A DNA stretch of 54,776 bases, filler included, from Catajapyx aquilonaris (Eukaryota): the NCBI GenBank assembly GCA_000934665.2. It is 2 parts of 2 records of this genome, joined end to end, with 100 filler letters (N's around TTAATTAATTAA, not from the genome) between each part and the next. Parts side by side here need not be neighbours in the genome. Positions count along the whole stretch, not along the records: positions 1 to 27,337 come from JYFJ02005068.1; 1 more part is not named here. One strand, given 5' to 3'. This document shows, piece by piece, positions 1 through 15,584 of this stretch (the stretch's first letter is position 1; each line of letters starts with the position of its first letter). The notes under the pieces are model-generated. The model was not told the origin of the DNA and did no database searches. It saw only the letters and a list, made by a program, of their open reading frames with translations. The translations under genes and the position numbers were made by a program.

Positions 1-650
1 GGCTTTCACTAGACTGCCTTTTATTTCCTGCTCCCGCCAGGAGGCGGGAGTGTATGGGTCAGTACACAGGGGAGAACAGGGTTAGAAATATATGACACTT
101 ACAATGGCAATTAATATACTGTACGAGAATCACATACAACAAGTTACATTAAGCACCTAGACAAATTAATACACAACAACCCTCCTTAGTAATTATCGTA
201 CTTAAAAATAATTACCTTGTAAGCTCACTTGGCAGACAACCTCGTGCGTCTGAAACTGAAGGGCGAGCAATGACTTGTAAATAAAAGCACGTGGTGTCGA
301 CATATACGTAAATAGGATATCAAGGTCTAGGAGTGTGAATAATTTTTTTTTCTCCTAGGACTATAAAAACTTGCTATTGATCCAAACTGTACAGGATGCT
401 GTGTATCCGGTGCCTGAAGGGACGTACACCTTCTGCTACTGCAGTATTGTTTTGCTTTACTTATGAGGCCAATATGACAAAAAATAAAGTGTGGGCACCT
501 TATATTCTCTTCCTTGGGTCATGCATATGAAAAGTAAAAAAAATATCAATTCTTGAATTTCAAACACTTATGTGGAATTTTCGTCCCACTGCTGTCATTC
601 TGCGACATAAAAATATAATAATAGCCTTGTCTGGAACGCCAGATGTTGCT

Positions 651-764
651 GCCTGAAGAAGTAGTGCCGTGACGACAAAGGTGGCAGCACTCCCTTGGCG
701 GCCTTTGGCGGTGGCCAAGGGAGTGCTGCCACCTTTTGGTCAGTACGGCACTAATTCATCAGGC
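651..764. repeat. GC-rich ~114-bp hairpin, probably part of a non-autonomous DNA element
   Basis: 23-bp perfect arms at 677-699 and 714-736, extending imperfectly to 651/764. Confidence 0.8.
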
Positions 765-1247
765 CGCCGCTTTCCCTTCCCGCCAAAAGTCCTAACCGCC
801 ACCTATTTCCTTTCCCGGCAATACAGGTCTGCCAACTGATTCAATCTGAGCCTCAGAATATTCAGAAAGCTGTCATATACGCTGTTACTTTCAGCCCCGC
901 TTTATAACTATGCCGCCATCTTGGATCCGGATCTAGCAACTTATTATCATTTTCAGCGGATAGCTTAGCTTAGAGTAAACCATTGCGACTTATTTGGCGG
1001 CGTAGCATGAACCTCCCGGAGCAAGCAAACAAGATATCAGCGGTGGGATCAGCAGGGGATTGGAGGTTGGCAAAGCCACAATAACGTCCGTTGGCCTCCG
1101 CCGCCACAAGACGGACAGTACTGTAAATCTTGCGGATACGAAACCCACAATAATCGCCCAGCTCCGCTTCCTCTCCGCATTACCTAAAAATATCCTGCAG
1201 GGCGACGAACCCTGCCTGGCGGGGCCACAACAGATGACAGTAGAGAT

Positions 1248-1418
1248 AATGGATACCCCGTGATAAGCCTCCTTCAGCTTTTTAGGGGATCATCTTTTAA
1301 TTGACCGACTTTAATCATTGCCTTTGCTGTGATGGATTTTGATTGTGAGAGGAAACGGGAGAACCCCTGAGAAAACCCACGCGAACACGGAGAGAACCCA
1401 TCGAAACTATATCCACAC
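1248..1418 (-). mobile_element. 5'-truncated copy of the tRNA-SINE at 41153
   Basis: Reverse complement matches 41243-41412 (gtggatatagtttcgatgggttctctccgtgttcgcgtgggttttctc...tatcacggggtatccattat). Confidence 0.9.
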
Positions 1419-1516
1419 TAGCGCACCCGTAGCGAGCCCTCTCATATTCAATTTTTTCATTACCATTGTCTTCCTCATTGCAGGTTTTGCCAAATTTTGG
1501 CTACGGGTGCGCTAGT
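1417..1516. mobile_element. Mini-MITE with 17-bp terminal inverted repeats
   Basis: actagcgcacccgtagc (1417-1433) / gctacgggtgcgctagt (1500-1516). Confidence 0.65.
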
Positions 1517-2013
1517 AAAAATATAATGCCCCGTGGTGTTGAGCCACGACATACAAGACTTCCCTAGTGAGCTGTAGCAAAAGACGCGACTTGTTTAGAT
1601 AATTTTAATTACTACCACGGAATATTTCACAGCATTGGCTTAGGCAATAGACAAGAAAGATATTTTGCTCACCAGAAAACTGTGAAGGCTATCAGGGCCA
1701 GAAGAGATCATAATTTTGTTCTACACAGTGTATAGATGAAGCAGTGTCCCTTTCACGGCACAATTTGTCAGGATCTTTTCTAATATTGGTCTGTGGACAT
1801 GCTCTAAATCTCTTTGCCTTTTTAGGAGGTCGGAGGGATTACACAACTCTGTACTTTTTGAGGAAAGGACGAATCCACTTCTCATGAATATCCAGATCAG
1901 TGTTTTTACTAATTTATTAAACACAAATCCCATGCTTAAAACAAAGGATCTTACCAATGTGATCCTGCATCGCCCGCAACCCAAACGACATTGAAGCCAC
2001 CATCTGGCAACAT

Positions 2014-2309
2014 GCACGTGCTGACGTGCTGGTTTGCATTTCGCATGACTTCATAATATATGGTGGTATGTGGCACACGCGAAAATAATTATTACCACAT
2101 TTTTACGGTGTAAAAACCACATGAATTGTCGTGTCAGCAATTTGCCTTCTAGCGCCGTCTTCAAATGTTGCCACATGGTGTATCATATCATAATGCAGTG
2201 TTTTGCACACGACAATTCATGTGGTTTTTACACCGTGAAAATGTTGTAAGAGTTATCGCGTGGGAGAAATGCCTGGCGATTCCCAGACATGCGAAATACA
2301 AGCACGTGC
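2014..2309. mobile_element. Foldback/MITE-like inverted repeat
   Basis: Inner arms cattttt acggtgtaaaaaccacatgaattgtcgtg (~2098-2133) and the reverse complement at ~2207-2243; outer arms are degenerate. Confidence 0.7.
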
Positions 2310-2457
2310 GGTAATGTGGATTCAAGATGGCGCATGGTCTTCGTAGCTTACGCAGACCAAACCTGTGCCCAGGCAGATAGGTGAACTACAGCCCGCAACG
2401 CATGAAGAGCCTCATATGAGATCTGACTGTCAGGTGCTGCGTCTCTCACTGTCAGCA

Positions 2458-2655
2458 GTAAGTACATTGGGTCGAATCACAATTAGGCAGCTGAATGATT
2501 AAACATGACCTACGTTTTTGATGTAGAGGTTGACCACCTTGGCTGGGAAGAAGTAGTCCTGGAGGAAGGGAGACACCGCCACCAGAGGCTGTCCTCAGGG
2601 GCTTCTCAGACAGTCTTCGAGGCATTGTGAACAATACACTGGAAGGAAATTGGAC
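2458..2655 (-). pseudogene. Degraded fragment of CD36 exon 1/intron 1
   Basis: Aligns by eye to 14490-14710 (gaggctgtcctcagggg..tctcagacagtc, ggctgggaagaag, tacgtttttgatgtagag) with deletions and frameshifts. Confidence 0.85.
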
Positions 2656-3247
2656 GAGGTCGAGACCTGACATCATGTTTTATAAAAAAAATCTTGCAAT
2701 ATCCCCGCCATTGGGTGGTGATGATATTGTTATATAATGGCTGTAATGAGATAATGTGCAAATAAATTGCTTTGGGAACAGCAAGAAGCTCTACATCAAT
2801 GATGACCTTCCAGGGGCAGTTTATTTATGTACATACTCTAAAGGGCTTACAGCATAGAATATGGCTTACACGTGGAAAGAAGCACATAATTTTGAATGTA
2901 CATTACTGAGTTCCATGGGATAAGTAAGATATGTGACCGGGCACGTAAGTAATGAAGGATATCTTGCCTCTATAGTGAAGTCGTTAACAAGTTCGAATAA
3001 CGAGTCAATGGTATCAATTCCGTAATGTATTGCAAAGCCAAGTATACATAGTTGGCTTTGCAACACCTATGGAGTTATATGCAACACCATGAGTTATAAC
3101 TGTAATGATACAGTTCAAGCTTATTTTCTCTCTCTTACTTCCTTGTAATATTCGGATGAAATTTGATGGGCGGGATCAATAAGCCACGAACATCTCTTCC
3201 GATAAGGAAGTCTCGACCTCTGCCCTTAGATGCTATATCTCAGGTCA

Positions 3248-3264
3248 CCAATGTCACTATATAA
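3248..3264 (+). promoter_or_regulatory. Candidate FREP1 core promoter (CCAAT then TATATAA)
   Basis: ccaatgtcacTATATAAgg about 70 bp upstream of the ATG; the paralogous site in FREP2 reads TATTTAA (5822-5828). No TSS data. Confidence 0.4.
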
Positions 3265-3329
3265 GGAGTACACCATTGGATTGAGGAGAAAGTAGTCGTC
3301 TGATTGAGTCAATTGCAGCATTATCCGAG

Positions 3330-4724
3330 ATGATGGCCAACATCAGCAGTTTTGGTCTCTATTTGTTCGCAATCCTTCTGTTCCTGTCAGGGGTCAATCA
3401 TCCCCTGGCTAATAATGCAGCCGAAAATAATCCCCATGCTGCCCATCTAAAGGAACCCAGTAAGGAAGACAGACTGGAACTGGCCATCCAATCCGTGATG
3501 AGAGCTATGGAGGATGGATTTGCCCGAACAGGTAATAAAGCCCAGATGGATATTTATCAAGTCTCGTTACAGTTCTTGTAAAATATATGCTCTTACATTT
3601 TTTTAAATTCTGCAGCACAAAAAGTGGGAGGATTAAGAGAGGAAATGAAATCATCAAAAAAAGAATTGAGGTAAGTGACCCCCCCCCCTCCCCAACTGCT
3701 TTTATTGCCACCAATGTAAAGGGTTCACTTTATTCCAGCAATGCGGTGAACACAATCACCTCATCGGTGAGGAATAGTGTCAACAAGGCAACTGTCTGCC
3801 CGACCGAATCTGGTAAGCATATCATTGCTTACGTATTCTGTGCGTTGGATGAAAATATTAATAATATTTTTGTGCTTCTTTCAGTAATTCCCCCTGCTAA
3901 TTGTCATGAAATTCAGAAACGAGGGCAGAGCTCTTCTGGCGTCTACTCCGTGATCATCTCTGGAAAAAATGCCAAGGTGAGGGTCTCGGAAAAAGGTCAA
4001 TTCGCTCCACGAATTATTGCAGACTACATAATTATGAGGAATTAACTGATACGTCATTGTCTCGTCCTTAGGTGTATTGCGATATGTCGACGAATGGAGG
4101 AGGGTGGACAGTGATACATAGAAGGCATGACTTCGGGCCTAACGTGGACTTCAACCGAAGATGGGCAGAATACAAGACAGGGTTTGGTGATCTCAATGGG
4201 AAGTTCTGGCTGGGTGAGTCACACTCTGTCACCATCACAAGGCCTAACGAACCCGAATTCTAAGTATATATGTCCCACCCCGTACAGGTCTGGACAACAT
4301 CCACGGACTGACCAGTGACCCTTCCACTCCTATGAGACTCCGGATTGACCTGGAGGATTGGGAGGGGGAGAAGAGGGTCGCCTTGTACAAAACTTTTAGA
4401 GTCGGGGGAGAAGAAGAGAAGTACAAGCTGACTGTTGGAGGATTCGAGAAGGGACCTGGAGGTCACTGCCCGGGTGACTCTCTAGACTACCACAATGGCT
4501 GGACATTCACCACAAGAGACCAGGACAACGATGGTTGGAGTGGAGGGAACTGCGCAGAGTTGTACAAGGGTGGTTGGTGGTACGACTCATGCCACTATGC
4601 CCAACTGAACGGAGTTTATCTCAGGGGAACGACCAAAACAGCATATGAAGGTGTCGTCTGGTACTACTGGAAGGGAAAATATTACTCTATGAAAAGAGCA
4701 TCCATGATGATCAGACCCAGATAA
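3330..4724 (+). CDS. Secreted fibrinogen-related domain protein (FREP; ficolin/tachylectin-5-like), copy 1, ~333 aa
   Basis: Exons 3330-3531, 3616-3670, 3739-3812, 3885-3976, 4072-4213 and 4288-4724, all GT-AG, total 1002 nt in frame. Signal peptide MMANISSFGLYLFAILLFLSG. FReD motifs [76 protein letters not shown](I)RP. Confidence 0.95.
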
Positions 4725-5893
4725 ACGCGTCTATGTTTGGATATAAATTAATTCTCTCAACATAAAATTTAAGACCAATGAGAGTGTAACAATGTAACAG
4801 TTTAAATGACTTCACAATTTGGGCAGTGATGTTTGTTACTGAGGACCCGAAATAAAGTGATTCAGGGCCTGAATCGTACGTTGTCATTTCAATATTCAAA
4901 ACACTTTTCAGCATCGTCACAATATTACTATACGAGAGGATAATGTGGTCTTCATTTAATTGTGGCATTTGGGCATCAGGAAAATGAGCATAAAATACTC
5001 CTACATTATTTAAATGATCAAACATCTGAGACAAACATCTGAAGCCTCTGAAAGAATGGGTTCGGAATAGGCCCAGAAAGTCCCGAAATTGCTTCAAAAA
5101 GTGCAAAAACTATTACCAAAAAAGGTCAAATAGGCCTGAAAAGGCGCAAAATGCCAGAATAGGCAAAATAGTTCGCAAAACCACGAAATAGGCAAATTTA
5201 GGCACTATAAAACCTATACATTTGGCACATCCTGCACTTATTAAATGGATAGATCTTTTCACAAAATCACAACAACCCAACTATTGTTGCATAAGCAAAA
5301 GTCAGCTTGTTGTGCCTAAAATGTGGTAATGCAAATACACGTGCGACTCGATAAGATACGGGAGTGCCAAATCCATGTGCAATGGATATGAGGAGGGTAG
5401 AAGAAGGTCACTTTTTATACACCAGGGGCGGATCCAAGGGGGTCACGGGGGTCATGACCCCCCCCCCCCTATTACACGATTGGTTATACAGTAGTAGACC
5501 TATATGTAATTCTGATTCTTAGTTTCTCTAATAAATTGTTTAGTGTAACTTGAGCAGGATGATTATTGCACGTACTTATATTATTGTATATCCATTTTCC
5601 AAGAACTTCCCCCCTCTGTCAGAGAGTCAATTATGACATGAATGTTGCACCCTCAGGAAATCACTCTCTGGTGACATGAAGTTATCTGGAATTACGATTC
5701 AAGCTAATTTTCTCTCTCTTCCTTCCTTGTGATAAATTGGGATCAAGCCACGAACATCTCTTTCGATAAGGAAGTCTCGACCTCTGCCCATAGATGCTAT
5801 ATCTGAGATCACCAATGTCACTATTTAAGGAGTACACCATTGGATTGAGGAGAAAGAAGTCGTTTGATTGAGTCAATTGCAGAATCCTCCGAG

Positions 5894-7383
<1,490 letters not shown>

Positions 7384-8157
7384 ACGACCAGTTACTACTT
7401 TTTGCACATGCCACATTTCAACTCTTATCCCCTTCACCCTTCCCTGCCGCACCATTTCAAGACTTGGGGCATATTGTAGGTTAATATTGCATCGTATGTG
7501 GAAACATCAAAACATGCAACAATATTTCAATAAATCATATTCATTATGAAAATAGGTTTTGTCATTACCTTTTTGGTGCATCTATGTTTGGCAATAAATT
7601 AATTCTCTCAACATAGAATTTTAGACCAATGAGAACTACATATGTGTAACAATGTAACAGTGTAAATGACCTCATAGTTTGATTGTTCATCTCCTGTATT
7701 TCCTGAGCCTTGAATACATGACACCCATATAAAGCATTATTATTATTACTTGTTTTTATTTCTTTTACCCCGTTATAATCCGATAAGGATCGGTAGGGAA
7801 GTGGATTACCACCATTTAGATCCATTTTCATATTTACTTCAATCTCCGTGCAAGGACTTCGGGATGTCGGGTATAGGGATAGGTATTGTTGGGGAGGGGA
7901 CACTTGTGCAGGTGCAATGTCGAAAGTTGGGTCATCGGTCATGTGAGGAGGCTAGGTTGCCAGACATCTCCAAGGTGCGGGTCAGAGACCATCCTGACGC
8001 AGGTGAAAGGGAACTCCCAGGCCAGGAAATGTAAAAATGAAACAAAAATAGTTTAAAACCGCACTTTTAATACACAAAAATTACACAAAAATGCCCGGCA
8101 ACATTCCTCGGAGTGATATAATATGTGCAATATTATGTGGTACGTAGTGGTCGTTTA

Positions 8158-9969
<1,812 letters not shown>

Positions 9970-10543
9970 CTAGGAGGATGCTGAACTTGACTGATTCAGA
10001 CGACTTCTTTCTCCTCAGTCCAAGGGCGTACTGGATGACTATGGACATTGGTCACCGAATTAATAGCATTTATAGGGCAGAGGGCAATGACACCCTATAC
10101 TATAGTTGAACTTCCCTTGCTCACATGAGTATTGGCGTGTTTGTCTGAAAGTGTCATTGGTCGCATGATGGGGGCAGTTCACTTTTCTTTTCATGATGAG
10201 ATAAGCCAAGGGATGTTTACATAAAAAGTGGTCATATTCGCCTGACTATATCAAAATGGAACACGAAGTTCAAAGTACGGGTGTCACTTTAACCCCGCTC
10301 CGTATGGTTCACGAGGTAATTTTTATTTAATCAGATATATCGACATTGTCAATATTGTTGGCGCCTTCATGATGTGGAATTGACAACACCATTAAGGACA
10401 GAACGAAAGTACTTAACATGTCAATCGTGCCCATTCAGATAAAACCACCGTCCATTTTATTGGAGTACTTTCATTTCTAGATAAGACACTCATTTTAGCT
10501 TCTTCTCTGCAGCCTCTTGCACTTGTTGTCTCAACTCTCAACA

Positions 10544-12403
10544 ATGCGTTCCAGCTGTGCAATTTTCTTTTCCTTTGCTCTGGTGGGGATGGCGACATGT
10601 TACATCACAATCCAATGGACTGACTCGAGTGTTGGTGACACTGTGCTGGGAATAGTTGGAAGGATTTTGTGGGACGAGCATGTGCTGGACCTCCACTGCC
10701 CATTGGTCTTCATCAACGATCTGACTCATTTTGGGGAGGAACTTTTGGCCAACATGTCTTCGGCTGGGAGGCCACTGCTGGTGGAGCAATCGCTGTCTTA
10801 TACAGAGAACGAGGTGCAAGCGGAGATGAAGATGGCCAAGTGCGCCTTGTTCTTCGTCGCAACATCTTCTCGCAATTTCAAAGGGACGTTGCAGGCAGCG
10901 CTTGACGAAGACAAAGGTCTGTTGGTGGCCAAGAGGACCAGAGATCTCTTCCTCTTCTGGATCTGGGATTCTGATGAGGATGACTTCCTGCTTGTACCAC
11001 CGGCCAACAGGATCAAGCACAAGGCGTTGCTTTCCTATCAACAAGGCAGGGTTCATGTGAAACACGTCTGTTTGCTCTGCAACAAAGGGCAGCCAACGAT
11101 CCAATCGTCCTCAGTGGCCATTCCAGTGGCCAAACGCAACCTGTTCGGAGAAGCAGCCAGGAATATGAAAGGAAGGTTTTTGAAAGGAATTTCTAGTTTG
11201 TCTATGAATCACACCCAATGCAACGCTCATAACTACTCCAATATTTGTTTCTTAGGAGATATCCTGAATTTCGAGTGGGAAGTAATCGAAGTCGACATTG
11301 TGGACATGGTTATCAATTCCATCGCATTTCATTCATACATGGTGCAATTAGATGAAGAAAAACTGTCCTTCATGCCAGATGTAGCTGTACTTGACTTTAT
11401 GTACGACAATCTCGATGTAGCAACTCCGTACGAAGTGGACCGCATAACGTTCATGGTTCGTAAACCTCGGCAGCTCAGCATTTCGGTTTTTTATTGTTCT
11501 CCGTACAAATTGATCCCCGCTTGCCTGGTAGTAGTTACACTGGTCATCTCCAGCGCCTTTATGTCACTCATCTCAAGATGTCGAGGACAATTTGAAATGT
11601 CAAGTACTCGATCAGAAGAAGAATCTGTGTTGTCAATCTGCCAGTACCTGTCCCGAATAGCTGTGGAGCAATTTCCTTCCTTCACACCTGAAGTACTTGC
11701 GCAACGAGTGTTTATTCTGACGTGGATGGCCTTTTCATATCTGCTGGCCACGGCATACAAATCCAAACTATACGACATGCTAACGTTCCCTGCGATGGAA
11801 ACGGTACCGACCACGATGCAAGAGCTGTGGGAATCGGATTACAACGTGGTTGTCACGAATGAACTCTATGCAGCGTTCATTGTAACCGACATTGAGGACA
11901 GTATCCCTGAAAAATACCGAGGATTTTTGGACAAAATTGTGCCATATCGTGACTTGATCGAATGTGGTGAACATCTTGTGTTCTCCACCAACACTGTTTG
12001 CATGGGTGCAGATGGAGAGCTGCTTCGTTTGATGACGAACATAGACGTTCATGAGAGTACCTTCCTGGCATCAGACGCCTTTGCTTTCGTATACAATTCC
12101 GTGGGACTGAGAAAAGACTCGCTTTACACCGAAGAGTTCAACTACTACTCTAGCATCTACTACAGCATCGGACTGAAGACAAAGCGAGACAGGATTCAGG
12201 GCCATCTGGACAAGCTTGGTATGGCCAGACTCAGGAGACAGAACGGTGTCACATCTTGGGATGAGACGAATCCCAGTCCATTTTCACTGAGAAGTCTGGC
12301 TGGATCATTTGTGATCCTGGCCTGTGGAGTATCTCTAAGTGTCGTTTCCTTTATGGCTGAACTGCTCTTATTTAATCGCCCATCAACTACCTACTTAAGG
12401 TAA
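10544..12403 (+). CDS. Intronless divergent ionotropic receptor (IR, iGluR-derived chemoreceptor), ~619 aa
   Basis: Single long ORF, first ATG at 10544, hydrophobic signal peptide. S1 end TPYEVDRITFMVRKP, M1 after SPY, M3-type RVFILTWMAFSYLLATAYKSKLYDMLTFP, S2 TTMQEL...GLRKDSLYTEEFN, last TM PFSLRSLAGSFVILACG. Confidence 0.9.
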   Translation: MRSSCAIFFSFALVGMATCYITIQWTDSSVGDTVLGIVGRILWDEHVLDLHCPLVFINDLTHFGEELLANMSSAGRPLLVEQSLSYTENEVQAEMKMAKCALFFVATSSRNFKGTLQAALDEDKGLLVAKRTRDLFLFWIWDSDEDDFLLVPPANRIKHKALLSYQQGRVHVKHVCLLCNKGQPTIQSSSVAIPVAKRNLFGEAARNMKGRFLKGISSLSMNHTQCNAHNYSNICFLGDILNFEWEVIEVDIVDMVINSIAFHSYMVQLDEEKLSFMPDVAVLDFMYDNLDVATPYEVDRITFMVRKPRQLSISVFYCSPYKLIPACLVVVTLVISSAFMSLISRCRGQFEMSSTRSEEESVLSICQYLSRIAVEQFPSFTPEVLAQRVFILTWMAFSYLLATAYKSKLYDMLTFPAMETVPTTMQELWESDYNVVVTNELYAAFIVTDIEDSIPEKYRGFLDKIVPYRDLIECGEHLVFSTNTVCMGADGELLRLMTNIDVHESTFLASDAFAFVYNSVGLRKDSLYTEEFNYYSSIYYSIGLKTKRDRIQGHLDKLGMARLRRQNGVTSWDETNPSPFSLRSLAGSFVILACGVSLSVVSFMAELLLFNRPSTTYLR

Positions 12404-12541
12404 CCGGAATGACAGGCACCAATATTTTCTCAAATAATTATCCCATTTTAGGTTCTTGTGTGGTGTGTATACCATTCGATTCAACACCTAACTGTTATTA
12501 TACTTGTTGTCACATGTTATGTATACACGCAAATATCATAA

Positions 12542-14724
12542 TCACCTTTTAATCACAAACATAACTGTTATAAAAGATTTCTCTGTAGCTGTTGCAATAA
12601 AAATTAACTTGACAGAATCGTACTGCCCGCCTTGCTCTTCCCCGCCGGGTGATTGGCACCTTGGTCGAGTATCAATACCACACTGATTGCTCGGTACGGA
12701 TGTTTTATCAATGACTCTGTAAGTGTTGGAAGTTTGACCCCATCTTGAGCATCCATATAACACCGCCACACCTCCCAACACTAGACCAATCCAATAGCAG
12801 ACGTTCAGAATAGTCTTCGGCAAAAGGTAGCGATATTTGATGTGGTAGGCGTAGCTCTCAGGGAGGTCCATTTCCTGGAATCACATCAATAATAATAATT
12901 ATTGTCATCATCTACATTGAAACAAAACAAAGAAAGACGGAAGTGAATGCTACACAGACCGATTTCATCCACATGACCGGAAGGACTAGACTTGGGAAGT
13001 TTTTGAACCCTGCCAGTCCAGGATATGGCCTCAGTTGCATGTTCATTTGCAGCTTATGCGATATCTTGACTGGATAGCCCATCTCCTGGAAAGCATGGAC
13101 AAATTACCATGGGCAGAGGCTGAGAAAGTGTATGCTCACAGGTTGAATGTCCATGTATGGTTCGTGCTCCGATTCTTCCTGATGTAGTCCTACGACGTCT
13201 TCCAGGAGAGACGGGTCTCCTCCGAAGAAGTGTGGGTATGACCAGAGGACTGGGTTTCCGTCACATGGAAACGAGTCGATGAGTCCTGAGGGAAGGCTGC
13301 ACGATTGTTCATCCAGACAGAAGCACTCGTTCGGGGGATGATCACGGGGACTCTGATAGGACCCCTCGCCTGACTTGAACCTGTACGACGGTATGCCATT
13401 GCTCACCACGTCATCCGAGTAGGCTACTCCATAAACATTGATCTGCAAATTTAATCAATGAACATCCACTGAAAGTTGACGAGAAGGCCCAGTTGGGTAA
13501 TCTGGGAGGTAATCGGGTCGAAAGACTATATAAATTTGGCCAATTATTTAATCTTCTGGTTCTGAACTTTTACCTGCAGTACTGTGGAATGAAAGCGTAG
13601 AGTTTATCTTTCCTGGTGATGTGTGGATGGAATATTGTTCCATCCGTTCCGTTGATCCGACTGCAGGGCGTGTCCTTCCAGAGAGGTACATTTGGCAATC
13701 CTTGATAGGCCACGATCTGTCCCACCATCTGGATGTCGTCTTCTCCTGTTTTGGCAGTTATTGGACCAACTATAGAGGCATCCATCTGAAAAATACATAG
13801 ATCATCTTACAGTAGTTCCAGATAACAAAATGTAAGGGAGAGTGAACCTTTACCTGTCCCATGAGTGAGAATTTGTCGTCTTTGAACTGCACTTGTCCGA
13901 AGAACTTTGAGTAGGCCAGAAGAGGGTTGTGGTACCCTTCGTGCAGTAGTTCCCTTGCTGGTCTGGTGACGAATAGTGTTTGGTTGTACTGCTGGAAAAC
14001 CATGTTCATGATGAACGACATAGGTCTCCACTCGGCCAAGTTGCTCAGGATTGATATTCCGCCCTGAAAAGTCATTTAATGCTTTTTCACTTTCATAACA
14101 TCGCCATTCGTATTCTTATTATTTTCTCACCAACAAAGGAGCGTTGATAGTAGTGATCATGTCGTCTGGGTTTCCGGTGGACAAAGTGGGTTCAAATTCG
14201 AAGTTTGTCTGAATGTAGTACGTTAACGTCGAGTCGTCATTGAAAGTCACGTTAATTTTTCTCCTCCAAACCCTGTACATGGAAATGGCCATCAATTCAG
14301 CTGTTTCATGATTTAAGACTCAAATATTAGTGCAGCATACCAGTAAACGAAGCTTCCCACTTCTTGAAGAACAGGTTTTGCACCATTTTCCTGGATGTCC
14401 TTGTGGTTTGTGATGTTGAACAAATAGATGGTGGATACCACAGGAAAGGGTGGGTCTACCCAGGGCTGCCACAGTTCTGATCCAGGGTGTAAGTACATTA
14501 ACTGCAGAAGATAAGATAACCCATTACAATTAGGCAGATGAATGATTATCATGACTTACGTTTTTGATGTAGAGATAGACCATGGCTGGGAAGAAGAAGT
14601 GCTGGAGGAAGAGAGACACCACCACCAGAAACACTCCCACTGAGGCTGTCCTCAGGGGCCTCTCAGACAGTCCTCGAAGCATGATGAGCATTAACCTGGA
14701 AGGAAATCGGATGTAAAATTCCAT
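12542..14724 (-). pseudogene. CD36/scavenger receptor class B (croquemort/SNMP-like) gene, 8 exons, frameshifted by a 5-bp insertion in exon 6
   Basis: Exons 14724-14560, 14501-14341, 14272-14131, 14063-13854, 13785-13574, 13442-13140, 13085-12960 and 12874-12542. Motifs WVDPP..IYLFNITN, KPVLQEVG, C.RINGTDGTIFHP, YCRS, NECFC, SYPHF, LQMN, PVMW, two TMs. Total 1652 nt; removing 5 nt at TAGCCTA (13420-13426) gives 1647 nt in frame. Family assignment is very secure; pseudogene status could be allelic or an assembly error. Confidence 0.85.
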
Positions 14725-15584
14725 ATGGTATCACATTTCAAGTTATCACATAGAGAACGTCTGGCATATTTCATGGAAAATGGAACTATCAGACTGCGTA
14801 CTTCTGTCAGAAATCACACATGAAGGAATATTCCAAAACGACAAACGAACTCGTTGATATGTGATTTCTGAATATGCGACATATTCATGACCATGCAATA
14901 CTCAATTCAAGACAATATAAATACACACTCACAAGAATCACCCGGTTCAAGTTACTCTAAACAATTAGACTATTAGAGAAAAGAATAATTAACGGTACCA
15001 CTCGTGTAATAAAATTGAGTATATTAAGATATAATTATTTCAAAAGCTTACTTTACTCTCGATGCACAACAGTGGACAATAGTGCTCATCAACTCCTGTA
15101 CTTACATAGGAACAACTGCACTATCATGACACCATGTAACAGGTTAAGGGGACAAAAATGTGCGAAACATTGTAATTATGTAACATAAGAGTACACGTCA
15201 TTGTAATACTTGTCGAGCGATAGCGAATAACAGACCAATACATTTTTCCCCCAGTTGACACAAAAACTTGCTATTGAATGCACGCCCTGTACATAAAACG
15301 TGACCTTCTACGGCAAGGGGGTACTTACGCACTTCCATACTCCGGTGTACACCTGCAGTGGTACTCTTTGGTTCTCTTCCGTACTTCTTAGGTACTTCTT
15401 AGGTACTGAGGTACTTCTTAGGTACCGGGCAGTACATAGAAGGCCTCTTTGCCTTACACTGGTAGTTGCGAACAAGTCATCGGGGAGAGAAAAATGGCTT
15501 CTACTCCTCCACTACAGAAGGTTCTTTCAAAGTATTACTAAATAATTATCACAAATGGCTTCTCGGGTCTCAGGAGGGTATAAC

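Noticed and set aside
651..764. Hammerhead ribozyme (CTGAAGA/CTGATGA in the arms)
   Set aside because: No GAAA closing stem II and no stem III with an NUH site found.
7565..8034. ORFs between FREP2 and FREP3
   Set aside because: No recognisable domain; the 7565-7942 ORF runs into 3' flank sequence duplicated after FREP1 (4727-4820).
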